Assembly (NCBI GenBank): GCA_951406725.2
Contig: OX597817.1
Location: 171,740,001 to 171,804,000 of the forward strand
Length of the DNA stretch: 64,000 bases
DNA from: Octopus vulgaris
Taxonomy: Eukaryota
Direction: 5' to 3'
Position numbers and translations under genes: made by a program. Below the pieces are notes generated by a model. That model made no database searches, was not told the DNA's origin, and saw only the letters and a program-made list of their open reading frames with translations. This document shows positions 12,081 through 28,504 of this stretch, one piece after another. Numbering within the stretch: position 1 is the stretch's first letter; every line of letters starts with the position of its first letter.

Positions 12081-12664
12081 TACTTAATCCTCACACCAAC
12101 AACATATTGATCTACTTCTTCATCCCCAATCCCCTGGGTCTCAGATTGGTAATACCTTGACATTCTTATATACCTGATCTTCAGGTCAGGTTAACAATCC
12201 TCAGACTGACACTCAACTAGCAACTACCATATCTAACCAACCAAACTCGCATCAACTCAGCATCCTTAGCTCTTGTCATCATCTTTTCTCATCACATGTC
12301 AGTGGTAACCTAAATATTTTAAGATGCATAATTGCTAAAAAGAAAAAGAATATATATATAACAAAATAACATACATAAATAAAAAGTGAGAGCAAAAAAC
12401 AAAAAAAATATGTAATTAGCAGGCTTTACTGAAATTCTTGGTCTGGAAACAACCAATAACAGAACTCAGAGTTTTCAGTTTAGTAGATGTTGCTGGGATG
12501 ATGGGGGTGGTTACAAAAATAGTATTACTGACAAACAGCACCTGAGTAGTCAGTCAGCTAGTGAAGAGTAAGAAGTGAAGTCTGAGAATGGTATATGAAG
12601 ACACCCTGGTTGTCTACACATACAAGTATTCACATAAACAACACATACAGATGTAAAAGGATAT

Positions 12665-12701
<37 letters not shown>

Positions 12702-13149
12702 GATAAAACCCTGATCTGTCTTGCACAGCAAATGAACATAACACAATGACATATGTCCACCGTCTACCCCACCCCATATAAATATTTATCAGCAACTGCA
12801 CCCCCTCCCTTGTAAATTATTCTGTACATTCACTTACACCCCCATTGTCTCTAACCATCTGTCACACTCCTCTAATACTCTTGTGAACTTATCCACCACC
12901 CCTAATCCTGATCCTTTATCTGAATTCTCTCTTATACTCACTTTCTTGTACCTCTTATATATTGTCACCAACATCTCTATCCCCTTTTCAATTATTTCCG
13001 CACGTCCTTATATAATACAGAATGCAAAACACCAGTGCTTGTTCCTCTATTGTACATTAACCTCTCAATATCTGGCATAAAAGCCACTACCCACCTCTTC
13101 TACTACAACCCCATTGCATTGTGGCAGGGGGTTCTTTCTTTTCTATCTT

Positions 13150-13345
13150 GTGCCAGTGTCATGGAAAAAGCATCAAGTACATTCGGTAAAGTGGTTGGCT
13201 TTAGGAAGGGCATCAAGACATAGAAACCATACAAAAGAAAAGACTGGAGCTCAATGCAATCCCTCAGCTCACTGGATTCTGTCAAGAAAGCCACCGACCC
13301 ATGCCAGCATGGAAAAACAAATGTTAAATGATAATGAAAATGATA
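13150..13345 (+). mobile_element. RTE 3'UTR fragment (family E), degenerate
   Basis: GTGGTTGGCTTTAGGAAGGGCATC..CCATGCCAGCATGGAAAA..AATGATAATG. Confidence 0.7.
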
Positions 13346-13769
13346 ATACACACACACACAGATAGATAGATGGATAGATATAGATATATATAGATATATA
13401 TATAGATATATATTTATATATCTGTGTGTGTGTATGTGTGTGTGTGTATACACACACACACACACACATACACTCATATATATATATATAGTGGTGGGGG
13501 CGACGAACACAAACAGAAATACACACACATATCTATCTATCTAACTAGAAAAAAAAAAAGGGATTTAAAAATCCTGGCAGATATCAATAGACCACTTAAT
13601 ATTAAAAGAATTGGGTTAATAATATTCAACCAACAGACACCAGCAAAGGTAGGTAAATCCTCATACATCTCAGGTAAATCCAAATATCCTTTGGCACAAT
13701 TTCAAGAATTTCAGAGTGACAACAAAAAATATGCATAGAGAGACTTTTATCTTTATTATAGATCGCACC

Positions 13770-14585
<816 letters not shown>

Positions 14586-15008
14586 TCTTTCTCTTTTTAA
14601 TTTGGAGTAAATTTTGACCAGACTCCAACTTTGGAGCAAGGTTGTGAAGGAAAGTATCTTGATTTAACTCTCATCCTCTAAATCTTCAGAAGGTCTCGCA
14701 GATTTTTAAAGTTCCAGATATGATATCTGGGACTATACATACTAATGTATGTATGTATGTATGTATGTATGCAAGCATACATACGCATGTACATATGTAT
14801 GTATCTTTTTCTCCCTTGCTCTCTCTCTCTCAAAAGAGATAGATAGATAGATAGATAGTTAAGCCCAGGTGTGAGCATGAACTGTTGGCTCCCCTGTGTG
14901 TATACATTTGTGAGTGTGTGTATGTGCATGCACGCATGTGTCTGTGTACATAAATGCATGCATGCATGCATGAGTGAGAGCATGTGCAAATCTCATCTCT
15001 TGTTCTGA

Positions 15009-15052
<44 letters not shown>

Positions 15053-15488
15053 CACATAAGCACCTATCAACCAATCTCTTTACCTCACTACAGATTTCTC
15101 ATATTTCTTGGAACATGAACACTAAACAAATAAATGAAATACAGAAAAATAATAATAATAATAATAAAATAGCCAAAAAAATATATATATAAAGAAGAAA
15201 GACACACAAAAAAAAACCAACAACATACGAACATTAAAACAAGTGTCAAAGGAGAAAAAAATGTAAAAAACAAACACTAACAAATAACAAAACAAAACAA
15301 ACAACACCTAATGATATGAAATCTATCTAGCTTTGGTACTGGAATTTCACAGAAGTCTCTTGTTTTATATAAAGTTCTACCCTTCACCTGACTGTTCTGT
15401 TTTACTATTCCCTTCTCTCTCTCCTACTTTCATTTCCCCCTCTCTGTCGCTTTCTCTCATTCCCCATCTCTCTCTCTCTCTCTCTCTC

Positions 15489-15523
<35 letters not shown>

Positions 15524-15679
15524 CTCACATTCTTTCTCTTTGTATATGTGTGTTATACATATATTTCCATAACTTACATTCTCTCTCTCTTCACATGAAT
15601 TTAATATATGTATATCTATCTATCTATATACCATAACTTATATTGTCTCTCTCTTTTCATATTCTTTTATTCTATATAT

Positions 15680-15721
<42 letters not shown>

Positions 15722-15808
15722 TGTATATATATATTGTGGCTCACATTCTCTTTCTATCTAGGTAGTTGTGTAATTCTACATTTGTGTCTTACTCTCACTT
15801 TTGTTCAG

Positions 15809-15876
<68 letters not shown>

Positions 15877-16711
15877 ATCATCTTTTGGTCTTTTATTCTA
15901 GTAAAACAGCAAACAACCAAGCCCTACCTTTACTTCCCTTCGGCTCTCCCCCTTTTTTTTTCTTCTATCTCCCTTACTTGAAACACCAGGTTCTTTTTTC
16001 TCTTCCTCTCTAAACTCCTGTTGCCTTTTTATTTCATCCCCTCCATTTCATCATCTTCTATTCTCATTCAATGCTTTCATCAATACACTTTCTTATTTTC
16101 CCTGTTTCCCTGTCCCCTTCTCTAAGCTCCTGTTTTTTTTCTTCTCTTTCACCTTTGCCCCACTTGCCTTCACTCTCCACTTCATCTTACTCCTCTACTT
16201 CTCTTCCTCTCCCTCTTCCCTACTTATACTTACTGCCTCATCTCACTCTCCCAGTCCAGTATCACCAACTTCAGCACCTAGTCATTTTTTCTTCTGGGAT
16301 CCTTCATTACTGCATACTAACTCCTTTTCATTATTCCAATTGCATCACACAGAAACCTCTATACATACACACAGGCACAGGCATGGCTATTCTATTAAAA
16401 AGTTTGCCACTGTGTGGCACCTTGTAAAAATGTCTCCTACTACAGCCCCAGAACAACCAAATCCTTATGAGCAGATAAATGAGTGTGAGTTGGCATTTGT
16501 GCTCTCCAAAACTCATGAGCTACATGTAGTGATGTTGGTGTCTTCTGCTGGCTTTGTACCTTCAAAGACGTAAAATAGGAGATCCCTTTCATGAAAAACA
16601 AGTGAGGGTTATTGATGGGAAGAATATTCATTTGTAAAACAATACCTCAATAATACATTCATTTAACCAATGCCATCATAGAAAGCAGGGGTAAAAACTA
16701 ATGAACATATA

Positions 16712-17113
16712 TGTGGTTGGGTGGTAAGAAGCTTGCTTCCCAACCACATGGTTCCATGTTCAGTCCCACTGCATGGCACATTGGGCAAATGTCTTCAACT
16801 ATAGCCTCAAGCTGACCAAAGCCTTGTGAGTAGATTTGGTAGTGAGAAACTGAAAGAAGCCTGATGTATCTATCTATCTGTCTGTCTGTATGCATGTATG
16901 TATGTGTATATCTTTGTGTGTGTCTCTTTGTGCCTGTGTTTGACCCCCAATCACTGCTCTTGACAACTGGTGTTGGTTTGTTTATGTCCCTGAAACTTAG
17001 CAGTTCAGCAAACAAGAAGAGAAAGAATTAAAACTGATAGGCTTAAAAAATAAGTCCCGGGGTCGATTTGTTCGAGTAAAAATCCTTCAAGTCATGACCA
17101 AAACAAGTAAAAG
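16712..17113 (+). mobile_element. SINE family A, diverged
   Basis: Head, body and tail motifs all present. Confidence 0.85.
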
Positions 17114-18134
17114 ATTATATACATATTTATTGAAAAAAATTTATTGAATGGAGAAGGTAAAATCCAGGTTATATATACTTCCTTACTAACAGAACCTCAG
17201 AAGTATTAATTTTATTCCCATACACAGCAACTCCAATGGTGAACTCCAAAAACGAATTTTTCCAGCTTATTAAACCTTGATATGAGTAAAACTTACAACG
17301 GTCTATGTCAATAAACCACTATAGTTTCTAAAAGTTGTTTTTTTTATACTTTCTATGAACTGCTTGAAGCTTACTAACTTCCTACACCTTGAATGTTCAT
17401 TCTTATCTTTACATATATTATATATAATATTAAATATGAATAGATGTACAGCAAAATACTTTGATACTTTATTTCATATATTATTAAAAAAATATAACAA
17501 AAGTGCCTGTAATTGAATATGGGTAACATGCATGATTGTATTCACAAGGGATGGCTTTAATCTAACCACATTCAATAATCTCTACAATCACCTTTCCTTA
17601 TGGCCATCCAGCATTCCCTCTCCATCAGGTCATTCATTATTGACACCCATTATCTCTCTCTTACCATCATTCATCTTTACTCCTCTCCATAATTTTCTCT
17701 CCCTCTCTCCCTCTCAATCTATCAATGTCCCTTTCTCATATTATTTCCTCCCCTATCACTTATTGTTGAAATATTTCATTCTTTTTTCCCCCACCACATT
17801 TATCCACTGCCATTATTTTTTTTATTTTTGTTCCTATCATGCTCTTCATGCTGCACTTATCCTTACTAGCAAACAACATGTTGTTGCCATCACTGTCTTT
17901 CTTATATTACTCCCTCCTATCACACTTTCTCCCACCATTCTGTCTCTTCTTTCACTCTGTTTTTTTTTTTGTCATCGTTCTGTTTTCTATTCAGCCCCTT
18001 GAGTAAATGGTGTATTTTTGGGGTCATTTAGGAAATATGACAATCTCTTTAGTGCTGGTGTCATGATAAAATGCTCTCAGTATACTTACTAAGGTAACTG
18101 AAACTAGGAAGAGTATTTAACCACAGAAACTATG

Positions 18135-18306
18135 CTGTATCAGCCTTTGCCTTACTCTTGGATAACATCGGTGGCATGATGAGGGGAGGCTGGTAGGCAT
18201 GGGCGACTGCTGGTCTTCTATAAACAACCTTGCCCAGACTTATGCTTCAGAGGGTAACTTTTTAGATGCAATCCCATGGTCATTCATGACACAGAAGGGG
18301 GTCTTT
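18135..18306 (+). mobile_element. SINE family C 3' half
   Basis: GCTGTATCAGCCTTTGCC..GGATAACATCGGTGGC, shared with 48032-48270 and 39860-40175. Confidence 0.75.
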
Positions 18307-18474
18307 AGTACCAATCCTCCAAAAGAGGACAGCCATACAGGGCAAATCAAATAACCTTACAAATTTCCTGATTGTTTTTCAAACCACAACCAGAACAGGT
18401 GCTTTGTTCCAAGCTTTGGATAATAGTAGCAGTAATAGTATGGGGGCATGCACTGTAACAGTGCATCACTGCAT

Positions 18475-18680
18475 CCACCATTTGTTGGTGATTCCAATGT
18501 TGTCTGAGGGAAAGGCAAAGGGGCCGATACAGCTTGGCACCAGTGACGTCGCAACTTATTTCCACAGCTGAGTGAACTGGAGCAACGTGAAATAAGTGTC
18601 ACAACATGCAGCCCAGTCTGAGAATCAAAGTCACAACCTCATGATTGTAAGCCCAATACACTAACCACTAAGCTATGCAC
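18475..18680 (-). mobile_element. SINE family C
   Basis: tRNA-like head and CORE-like region on the minus strand. Confidence 0.8.
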
Positions 18681-18988
18681 CTTAGTGGTTAGGGTATTTG
18701 GCTCATGATCATAAAGTCATGAGCTCAATTTCCAGCAATGCATTATGTCCTTGAGCAAGACACTTTATTTCACATTGCTCCAGTCTACTCAGCTGGCAAA
18801 ATGAGTAGTGTCTGTATTTCAAAGGTTCAGACTTGTCACATCCTGAGTCATGCTGAATCTCCCTGAGAACTACATTAAGAGTATGCAGGTCTGTGCAGTG
18901 CTCAGCCACTTGCACTTTTATTTCATGAGCAAGCTGTTCCATAGATCAGATCAACTGGAAACCTCATTGTCATGACAGACGGAGTACC

Positions 18989-18990
<2 letters not shown>
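18681..18990 (+). mobile_element. SINE family C head carrying the tail also seen on the family B copy at 27399-27787
   Basis: GTCCTTGAGCAAGACACTTTATTTCAC core followed by TGCTGAATCTCCCTGAGAACTAC..GTGCTCAGCCACTT; ends in (GTA)n. Confidence 0.8.
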
Positions 18991-19031
<41 letters not shown>

Positions 19032-19701
19032 CAGCTGTTTTGGACAGATTTTTTTATCAATGAATAATTTAGTTACCACATGAAAAAACCATTTCCTTCA
19101 GGTAAAATTTAAGATTTGGTTGGTCAAAAAATACTAAGTTATGGAATGTGGAAGAATGACACTCGCATTTTGGGATCAATGAAGAGAGAGATGAGAGTAT
19201 ATATATATATATATATATACATATGCACACACACACATGACTTTTCTTTCTTGGTTTGACTACCATCCGTGCAACATCTGTATTCCTTCCCATGTCTGTC
19301 ATCTCTTATGTCCCTGCCATAAGGCTTCACTTCCACACACGCCAGCTTAATTTAATTTGTCCTTAGTCGAAAGACACCTGTTGTTAATGTCCTGTCGCTT
19401 GCATTTGTATTTGTGTCACATTTCTCTGTTTTTTCCGTCCTTTTTTTTTGTATATATTTGCTGCTTTTCTCCAAGGAATCTAGAGCTCTTAGCTTAGTTT
19501 TTCCTTGGGGCTGGCCAGATTAGAGCAGTCTCAAGTATAACCAGCTGAAACTGCAAAGATAATCTGGAACTCGACTGATGAAAGAAAACTCCAAATGACA
19601 CATCCTTGGTTTTCTTCCTTGTCCTTTTTTGTATCACCTGACTGTCTGGATGTCTTGTTGTCACCTGTTGCATTCTTGTCCCATCTTTTGTTTTCTTATA
19701 C

Positions 19702-19766
<65 letters not shown>

Positions 19767-20432
19767 GAGAGAGAGGGAGAGAGAGAGAGATGTGTATACA
19801 TACATACATATATATACATATACATATATATATGCATATTTAAGTATGCTTATATATATATATAGATGTGTATACACACATACATATACATATATATATA
19901 TATATATGCATATTTAAGTATGTTTATATATATATATATATATATAAATAAATATATATATACATATATATATAAATACATATAAATACACTATCATATT
20001 TCCCTCAATCTCTGTTTGTCATACACATACCTATGCACACACGCATGTGCACACACATACACACACATACACACACAAACACACATACACATAAAAACCA
20101 TTTATCTCTCAAAGTATTTATCATTTCTTAAACAGTTAATTTCTAAAATACTCCATCATCCCTTTCTCATTCTTTCTCTCTCTCTCTCTCTTTCATTCTT
20201 TCTCTCTCTCACTTTCTTATACCCCTCTGTTTCTCTCCTACCCTCTCCCTTCCTTGAAATAAACCATCCCTGCACTTCACTTCTCTAAAATCTGCTCTCT
20301 CTCTCTCTCTCTCCTTCCAAACTTCTTATTTCTTATTTCTTCTCTCCATCATTTCTTTCTGTGTTTTCTCATCACCAGATGGTAAAAAGAAAAAAAAATT
20401 AAGATAGATATATAGACAGAAATAAAGGAGAA

Positions 20433-20492
<60 letters not shown>

Positions 20493-20686
20493 ACGATAGG
20501 TAGAAAGAAAGAGATAAAGAGACAGAGAGAAAGATGTAGATAGAGAGAAGAAAAAAAACAGATTGCAAGTATAACAAGCAAGCTAGCTATACTTAGAACT
20601 TCAGGTGAGAGCACTAGCAAGGTAAATCTAACTTCTGGAGAATGAAACAACTTAAAAGCTAATGTTAAGCCTTCAACCAATTCTAC

Positions 20687-20779
20687 CTCCTTCCCACCTC
20701 TTGACTGCCTCCTCCCCACCTCTTGACTGCCTCCTCCCCACCTCTTGACTGCCTCCTCCCCACCTCTTGACTGCCTCCT
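20687..20779. repeat. 22-bp minisatellite CCTCCTCCCCACCTCTTGACTG, about 4 copies
   Basis: Read directly from sequence. Confidence 0.95.
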
Positions 20780-20914
20780 ATGCTCACATCTTTACCAATT
20801 CATTTTTTTATATTTGGTCTGTTTTGTTTATGATTTTTGTTTCTCTTCTGGGTGCCTGCTTCTCTTATTACAAGGTAAAAAAGAAAATGAAACAAAAATG
20901 TGTGCATGCGTGTG

Positions 20915-20949
<35 letters not shown>

Positions 20950-21107
20950 GTGATGGGTTTTCAGAAATAGTAAAATAAATAAATAATACAAACCAATAAG
21001 CAAATGATGTAAAAATAACCAACGTGGGGTGCCAGCTACGAACTTACTCTGTAACTACATTTATGTCCATAACAGAGACAGCACCTAATATTTATGGTCA
21101 GCTTTTG

Positions 21108-21318
21108 GGCCGTGAGCTGGCAGAACAGTTAACCCATTGGGCAAAACAGAGGCTTTCTGTCTGTCTGTCTTTACGTTCTGAGTTCAAACGTTGCCGAGGT
21201 GAACTCTGCCTTTCATCCTTTCAGGATTGAAGACACGGGAGGGGGGGGTTTCGATGTAATCAACTTATCCCCCTCTGTCGAAACTGCTGGCTTTGTGCCA
21301 AAATTTGGAGCCAATATT
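21108..21318 (+). mobile_element. SINE family D
   Basis: GAGCTGGCAGAA..GTTCTGAGTTCAAA..GCCGAGGT..GCCTTTCATCCTTTC. Confidence 0.8.
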
Positions 21319-21859
21319 TATGGTCAGCTCACCAAAGTTGCACCACACCCGCTTGACACAAGATGAACCAACAAGGGAGGGAGGCCCCAGATCAGGCATT
21401 GGAAGCCGTTTCCAAAAGGAAGGCCCCACGTGAGACATGACAGAATGGCAATGCTGCTTCGAAAATTAAAGATAATTTTGCATTCAACATGCAATTCAAA
21501 AAGTCCCATTGGCTGCAGGTACCCCAGGACTGCTCTGGATGACCATTCAATTTGCTAGTTAAAGTAGCCTAATCTTCTGTAAGTCATACATTTGCTTGTG
21601 TCTTAGAATGAAACTAAAACAGACTAAAAGGGATATGCTAGGTGATGTGATTTTGGGTTCACAGCACATGGGGGGGGGGAAAAACGTGATGGCTATGGCT
21701 GGAATGTCTTGATCTTATTTCTACTTGATAAGTACTGACTGAGGGCTATGTAACAACAACAACAACAAAAGAAGTATAAAGAAACATTATATAATTATAT
21801 AATTGATTGTTTTTACATAGGCACAATGCCAGAATCTATTTATTATTATAATTATTGTT

Positions 21860-22045
21860 TGGCAGAACCAATAACACGCTGGACAAAATGCTTCACAGCA
21901 TTTGGTCGGTCTTTACATTCTGAGTCGAAATTGCACTGAAGTCAACTTTGACCTTGTGCCCTTTCAGGATCAATACAATAAGTTGAGCACCACCAGGGTT
22001 GATGTAACTGACTTGACCCCTCCCCAATAATACAAGCCCTTATTA
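21860..22045 (+). mobile_element. SINE family D, degenerate
   Basis: Same family D motifs, followed by a (TTA)n tail. Confidence 0.7.
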
Positions 22046-22071
22046 TAATTATTATTATTATTATTATTATT

Positions 22072-22528
22072 GAGTGAGAGAGCAGTTCATGCCATCAAAG
22101 TGACACTGGGGTAAAATATACGAAGCCCAATATACCCACCATGACTACCCATCTGATAAGGGTACACCGGGCACATGCATCACAACCATATGTGCGCGAC
22201 ATGGTGATCTCATATCAAGATAAACAGCACATGACCTTGCAGGTGGGGCCCAGTTAAAATTTTCTTCAGGTTGAGTAGCCCATCCCGCTCAAAAGGTCCC
22301 TGAATAAGGGTTGTTTAAGGATGTTGAAAGAACCACCCATGTTTCCAGAGGTGAATTATTCAAATTCCAAAGAATTCCTCTCAACACATGGCTATGATGC
22401 TCCCCCACTACTTCTGCTCGTGATCAGAGATATACATATCGTCAGCCACTAAGGGACATGCTCAACTGGTTAAGCTCAAACAACTGACAAACAAATCTGT
22501 GGTATTGAGCAGAATATTTGCTGTAGCC

Positions 22529-22530
<2 letters not shown>
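22072..22530 (-). mobile_element. Non-coding retroposon (family F) embedded in (TAA)n
   Basis: Flanked on both sides by (TTA)n. A homologous partial copy at 59675-59886 also ends in (AAT)n. Confidence 0.75.
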
Positions 22531-22585
<55 letters not shown>

Positions 22586-23269
22586 CATTATTATTGTTAG
22601 ATGGTTATAATTTAGATGAATGTATAGAGTACCAATATTTGATTAGTACTTTATTTTACTGAATCTGAAAAATCAAAGATCATGATGATGTGATTTGAAC
22701 TCAGATGTTACAGGATGTAATGAAATATAGTAAAGCATTTTGCCACTCACTCCCACTCTAATGGTTCAGACATTTGTCTTCTACCCCAAATACTATTCAT
22801 CTCCTACCCTCGCTCCAAGACTTTTGCCTTAATTGTGTGCACAACTAACAAGTAATTTGTCAGCTCATCAGTTCAAGTTACTTCACAGACCTAATGCTCA
22901 ATATAGAGTAAGTAAGCTGCACAAAAAAAATAAGACTTAAACCAAGTGATTCCCAAGCTGTTTATTTTCATCAATCAACTCAGCTCTTGATTTTGAGCTA
23001 AATGTTATTTTACTTTCACAAAGATCTTCTGTGCCACGTTAGTTTATTGGGCCTTTTTTCTTTTGTTTTCTTTCTCTCCCATTCAATAATATCTAATGTT
23101 CATATAATTCTAAATACCCACCTTAATTTGCTTGAATTTTGATAATTACCTCTAATAACTTAGGTTCATTTAACAGACCTTATTAATTTTTCTGTTACTG
23201 TTTTATTGCTGTTGTTTACATTAAGCCATATTTAATTGAAGATAATTAAATCCATAACGCAAATGCTTC

Positions 23270-23665
23270 AAAGATTCTCACTGAAAATTCTTGAATTAAA
23301 TGCATTACACAAAGTAGATCAACATGTACATAAAAAAATTTCTGAATTAAATGTGTTACAAAAATAGTTGAAAGAGTCTTTTGTAAAAACATTCCTGAAT
23401 TAAATGTGTTACACAAAATAGATCAATATTTACTTGTAAAAATTCCTAAATTAAATACATTACACAATATAGTTCAAAGAGTCTTGTGAAAAAAAAATTC
23501 CTGAATTAAATGTGTTACACAAAATAGATCAAATTTTACATATAAAAATTCTTGAATTAAACGTCTCACACAAAAATAGTTGAACAGATTCTCACGTAAA
23601 AATTCCTGAACTGAACATGTTACACAAAATAGCTCAACAGTGTCTCATGAAAAAAATTCCAGAGT
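23270..23665. repeat. About 53-bp AT-rich minisatellite, about 7.5 units
   Basis: AAATTCCTGAATTAAATGTGTTACACAAAATAG recurs near 23286, 23337, 23390, 23441, 23496, 23547 and 23601. Confidence 0.9.
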
Positions 23666-24464
23666 TACAATGGAACATTATATAACAAATTCAAAAATCA
23701 AATTTTTGTTTAATTATATAAAAACCAGTAGTCGCTGAATATACAAAACATTTTCTAATAAATTAATCTTTCTTTAATGAAACTGATAAGAAAAAGCAAT
23801 AATTTCTTTAGAAAAAGTAATAAAAGAAAGCAAAGATGGAAAAAGAGAATTTTTGTTAGAAATATTTATAACAGTTGAAATATTTCTGAAGTATATTAAG
23901 TTTTTCTTTTGTTTTCTTTTTTGTTTGCTTTTTTTTTAAACATGAGTTTGAAATACATATCAATAACAACAAGGAAAATAATTGTTAAGATTTCATTTGA
24001 AAGTTTCAAGTTAAAAAAAACTGGTAGACTTTTTAACTAAGAACAAAAGTGGGTACATCTTTTCAGGAAGGTAAGAAATTAGAAGTAGTAATGTAAAAAA
24101 AAACGTCATAGTTCGAAGACATTATTAGCAAGGTAATAAGGGAAAGTGAAATGAGATTCAACGAAGTATTACAAATCCACATCAAGTTAATGTTACTATA
24201 AAACAAAATAGACACAAAAAAAGACACCAAAAGAAAAAGGAAAAACCCACTAAAAAAAAAAAAACAATCCATAAGTCACTTTGTTCAGGAATAAGAGTAG
24301 AGTAGAATCCAAATGTTAAACCAGGTAATGAAACAGAATTAAAAATAATAATAATTAAAATAATAATAAAATTGATGTTATTTTTTTGAGGTTTTCTGGT
24401 TTGAGAGAAAGAGAAGAAGAGAGAAAGATGGAGAAAGGAGGAGAGGAAAATTATTATTCATTGT

Positions 24465-24592
24465 ATTGAGGTCAACTTTACCCATCATCTTTCAGAGAGA
24501 GGGAGAATCATTAAAATAATTAGTACCAGTGAAACACTGGAGTTAATTTAATCAACAAACTCCCTCTCCACTCAATTTTAAGCCTTGTGCCC
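24465..24592 (+). mobile_element. SINE family D 3' part running into the TAA array
   Basis: GAGGTCAACTTT..AGTACCAGT..CACTGG..GCCTTGTGCC. Confidence 0.7.
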
Positions 24593-26634
<2,042 letters not shown>

Positions 26635-26660
26635 AATAATAATAATAATGATAATAATAA

Positions 26661-26932
26661 CCCCAAAATGGCAGAAATTCAAGAGATAGTGCTCATGGGA
26701 ACTGCTCATATCCTATGCAAAATACTCTCTATGTAATCTCAAGGTTTAAAACAAACAATTTTTTATATTTATTTATTTATTAGACATTCACTAGTACAAC
26801 ATAAAAAAACCCCCCAAATATATGGCACACTAGGCATAACAACAACGTGAACTTCCAACCTGTTGTCTCTTGAGGTCTCTGGGTGACACTTGGAGCCAAC
26901 TTGTACAAACATAAAGCAAAAGTCAAACATAG
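26661..26932 (+). mobile_element. 3' end of a second Dong/R4-like family
   Basis: Encodes EIQEIVLMGTAHILCKILSM*, homologous to the LQKTALLGTARIL terminus, followed by a different 3'UTR. Flanked by (AAT)n. Confidence 0.75.
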
Positions 26933-26943
26933 AATAATAATAA

Positions 26944-27162
26944 TAATCCTTTCTACTAAAGGCACAAAGCCTGAAATTCAGGTGGGGAGGAGATTAATTG
27001 ATTACATTGACCCCAGTATTTCACTGGTACTTAATTTATTGACTCCAAAAGGATGAAAGGCAAAGTCGACCTCAGCAGAATTTGAACTCAGAATATAAAG
27101 ACAGATGAAATGCCGCTAAGCATTTTGCCTGGCATGCTAGCAATTCTGCCAGCTCACCGTCT
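26944..27162 (-). mobile_element. SINE family D, full length
   Basis: Reverse-complement homolog of the 46421-46635 copy. Confidence 0.9.
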
Positions 27163-27398
27163 CCAATAATAATAATGATGATGATGTTGATGCTAATGAT
27201 AATACAAATAATAACGTTAATTATAAGCTTGTTGTTTACTCAAGGGTGACAGTTAAGAGGAAATTTCAAGGACAAATTATGGAAATAAAAAAGTAAAAAA
27301 ATTAAACAAAAGACTATGTGTGTGTGTGCATGTGTGTATATACATATGTATATAAATATCAAGTATAACACGCACACACACAAATATATATAGTGTAT

Positions 27399-27787
27399 GG
27401 ATTGAAGCACTCTGTCGGTTACGACGACGAGGGTTCTGGCTGATCCGAATCAACGGAACAGCCTGCTCGTGAAATTAACGTGTAAGTGGCTGAGCACTCC
27501 ACAGACATGTGTGCCCTTAACGTAGTTCTCGGGGATATTCAGCATGACACAATGAGTGACAAGGCCGGCCCCTTGAAATACAGGTACAACAGAAACAGGA
27601 AGTAAGAGTGAGAGAAAGTTGTGGTGAAAGAGTACAGCAGGGATCACCACCATTCCCTGCCGGAGCCTCGTGGAGCTTTTAGGTGTTTTCGCTCAATAAA
27701 CACTCACAACGCCTGGTCTGGGTATCGAAACCGCGATCCTACGACCGCGAGTCTGCTGCCCTAACCACTGGGCCATTGCGCCTCAAC
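27399..27787 (-). mobile_element. SINE family B, full length, with 13-bp TSD
   Basis: tRNA-like head at 27720-27785; TSD ATATATAGTGTAT at 27386-27398 and 27788-27800. Confidence 0.93.
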
Positions 27788-28019
27788 ATATATAGTGTAT
27801 AGAATGAGTTACAATCCAAGCTGTGTTATCTGAGGAGTCACAGTTTAGGAGATCCTCTACACATTTTCTACTCATTCATAGCTTTTATAAATTTGTTGTA
27901 CATACTGTAGTATTATTATTATTATTAATAATAATATTTATATTCATAGTTTATTTCCTGTATTATTATGAAACATGTGTAACATGGGATTAAAAATATT
28001 CCAAATTTTCCAGTCTTTG

Positions 28020-28070
<51 letters not shown>

Positions 28071-28176
28071 ACACATACGCTCGCACGCACTCACACGTAT
28101 AGATAGATAAATGGACAGATAGGCTAGATGGGTAAATTTAGATATATATACACGCACACACAAATGAATACATATG

Positions 28177-28383
28177 TGAGGGGTGCTGAAAAGTTCCTGG
28201 CTTTGGGTAAAAGAAATATACAGGTGGATGAGTTAATAATGATTTTATTCAACAAATTCCCTTCTCAATTATTGTAGCAGTCATTCAGTTTTTCTAAGCC
28301 CTGAAAATGAACTCAGAAGATTGGGCCTCCCACCAGACCTTTCATGATATCCTTAAAACCAGGAACTCTTCAGTAACCCCTCA
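28177..28383. mobile_element. Mariner-type MITE
   Basis: Imperfect TIRs TGAGGGGTGCTGAAAAGTTCCTGG / CCAGGAACTCTTCAGTAACCCCTCA followed by TA. Confidence 0.8.
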
Positions 28384-28415
28384 TATACACATATGTGTGT
28401 ATGTGTGTGAGTGTG

Positions 28416-28452
<37 letters not shown>

Positions 28453-28504
28453 TTACAGTATTATATAGATATACATCAAAATAAAAATCAAATGGAAATT
28501 GTAG

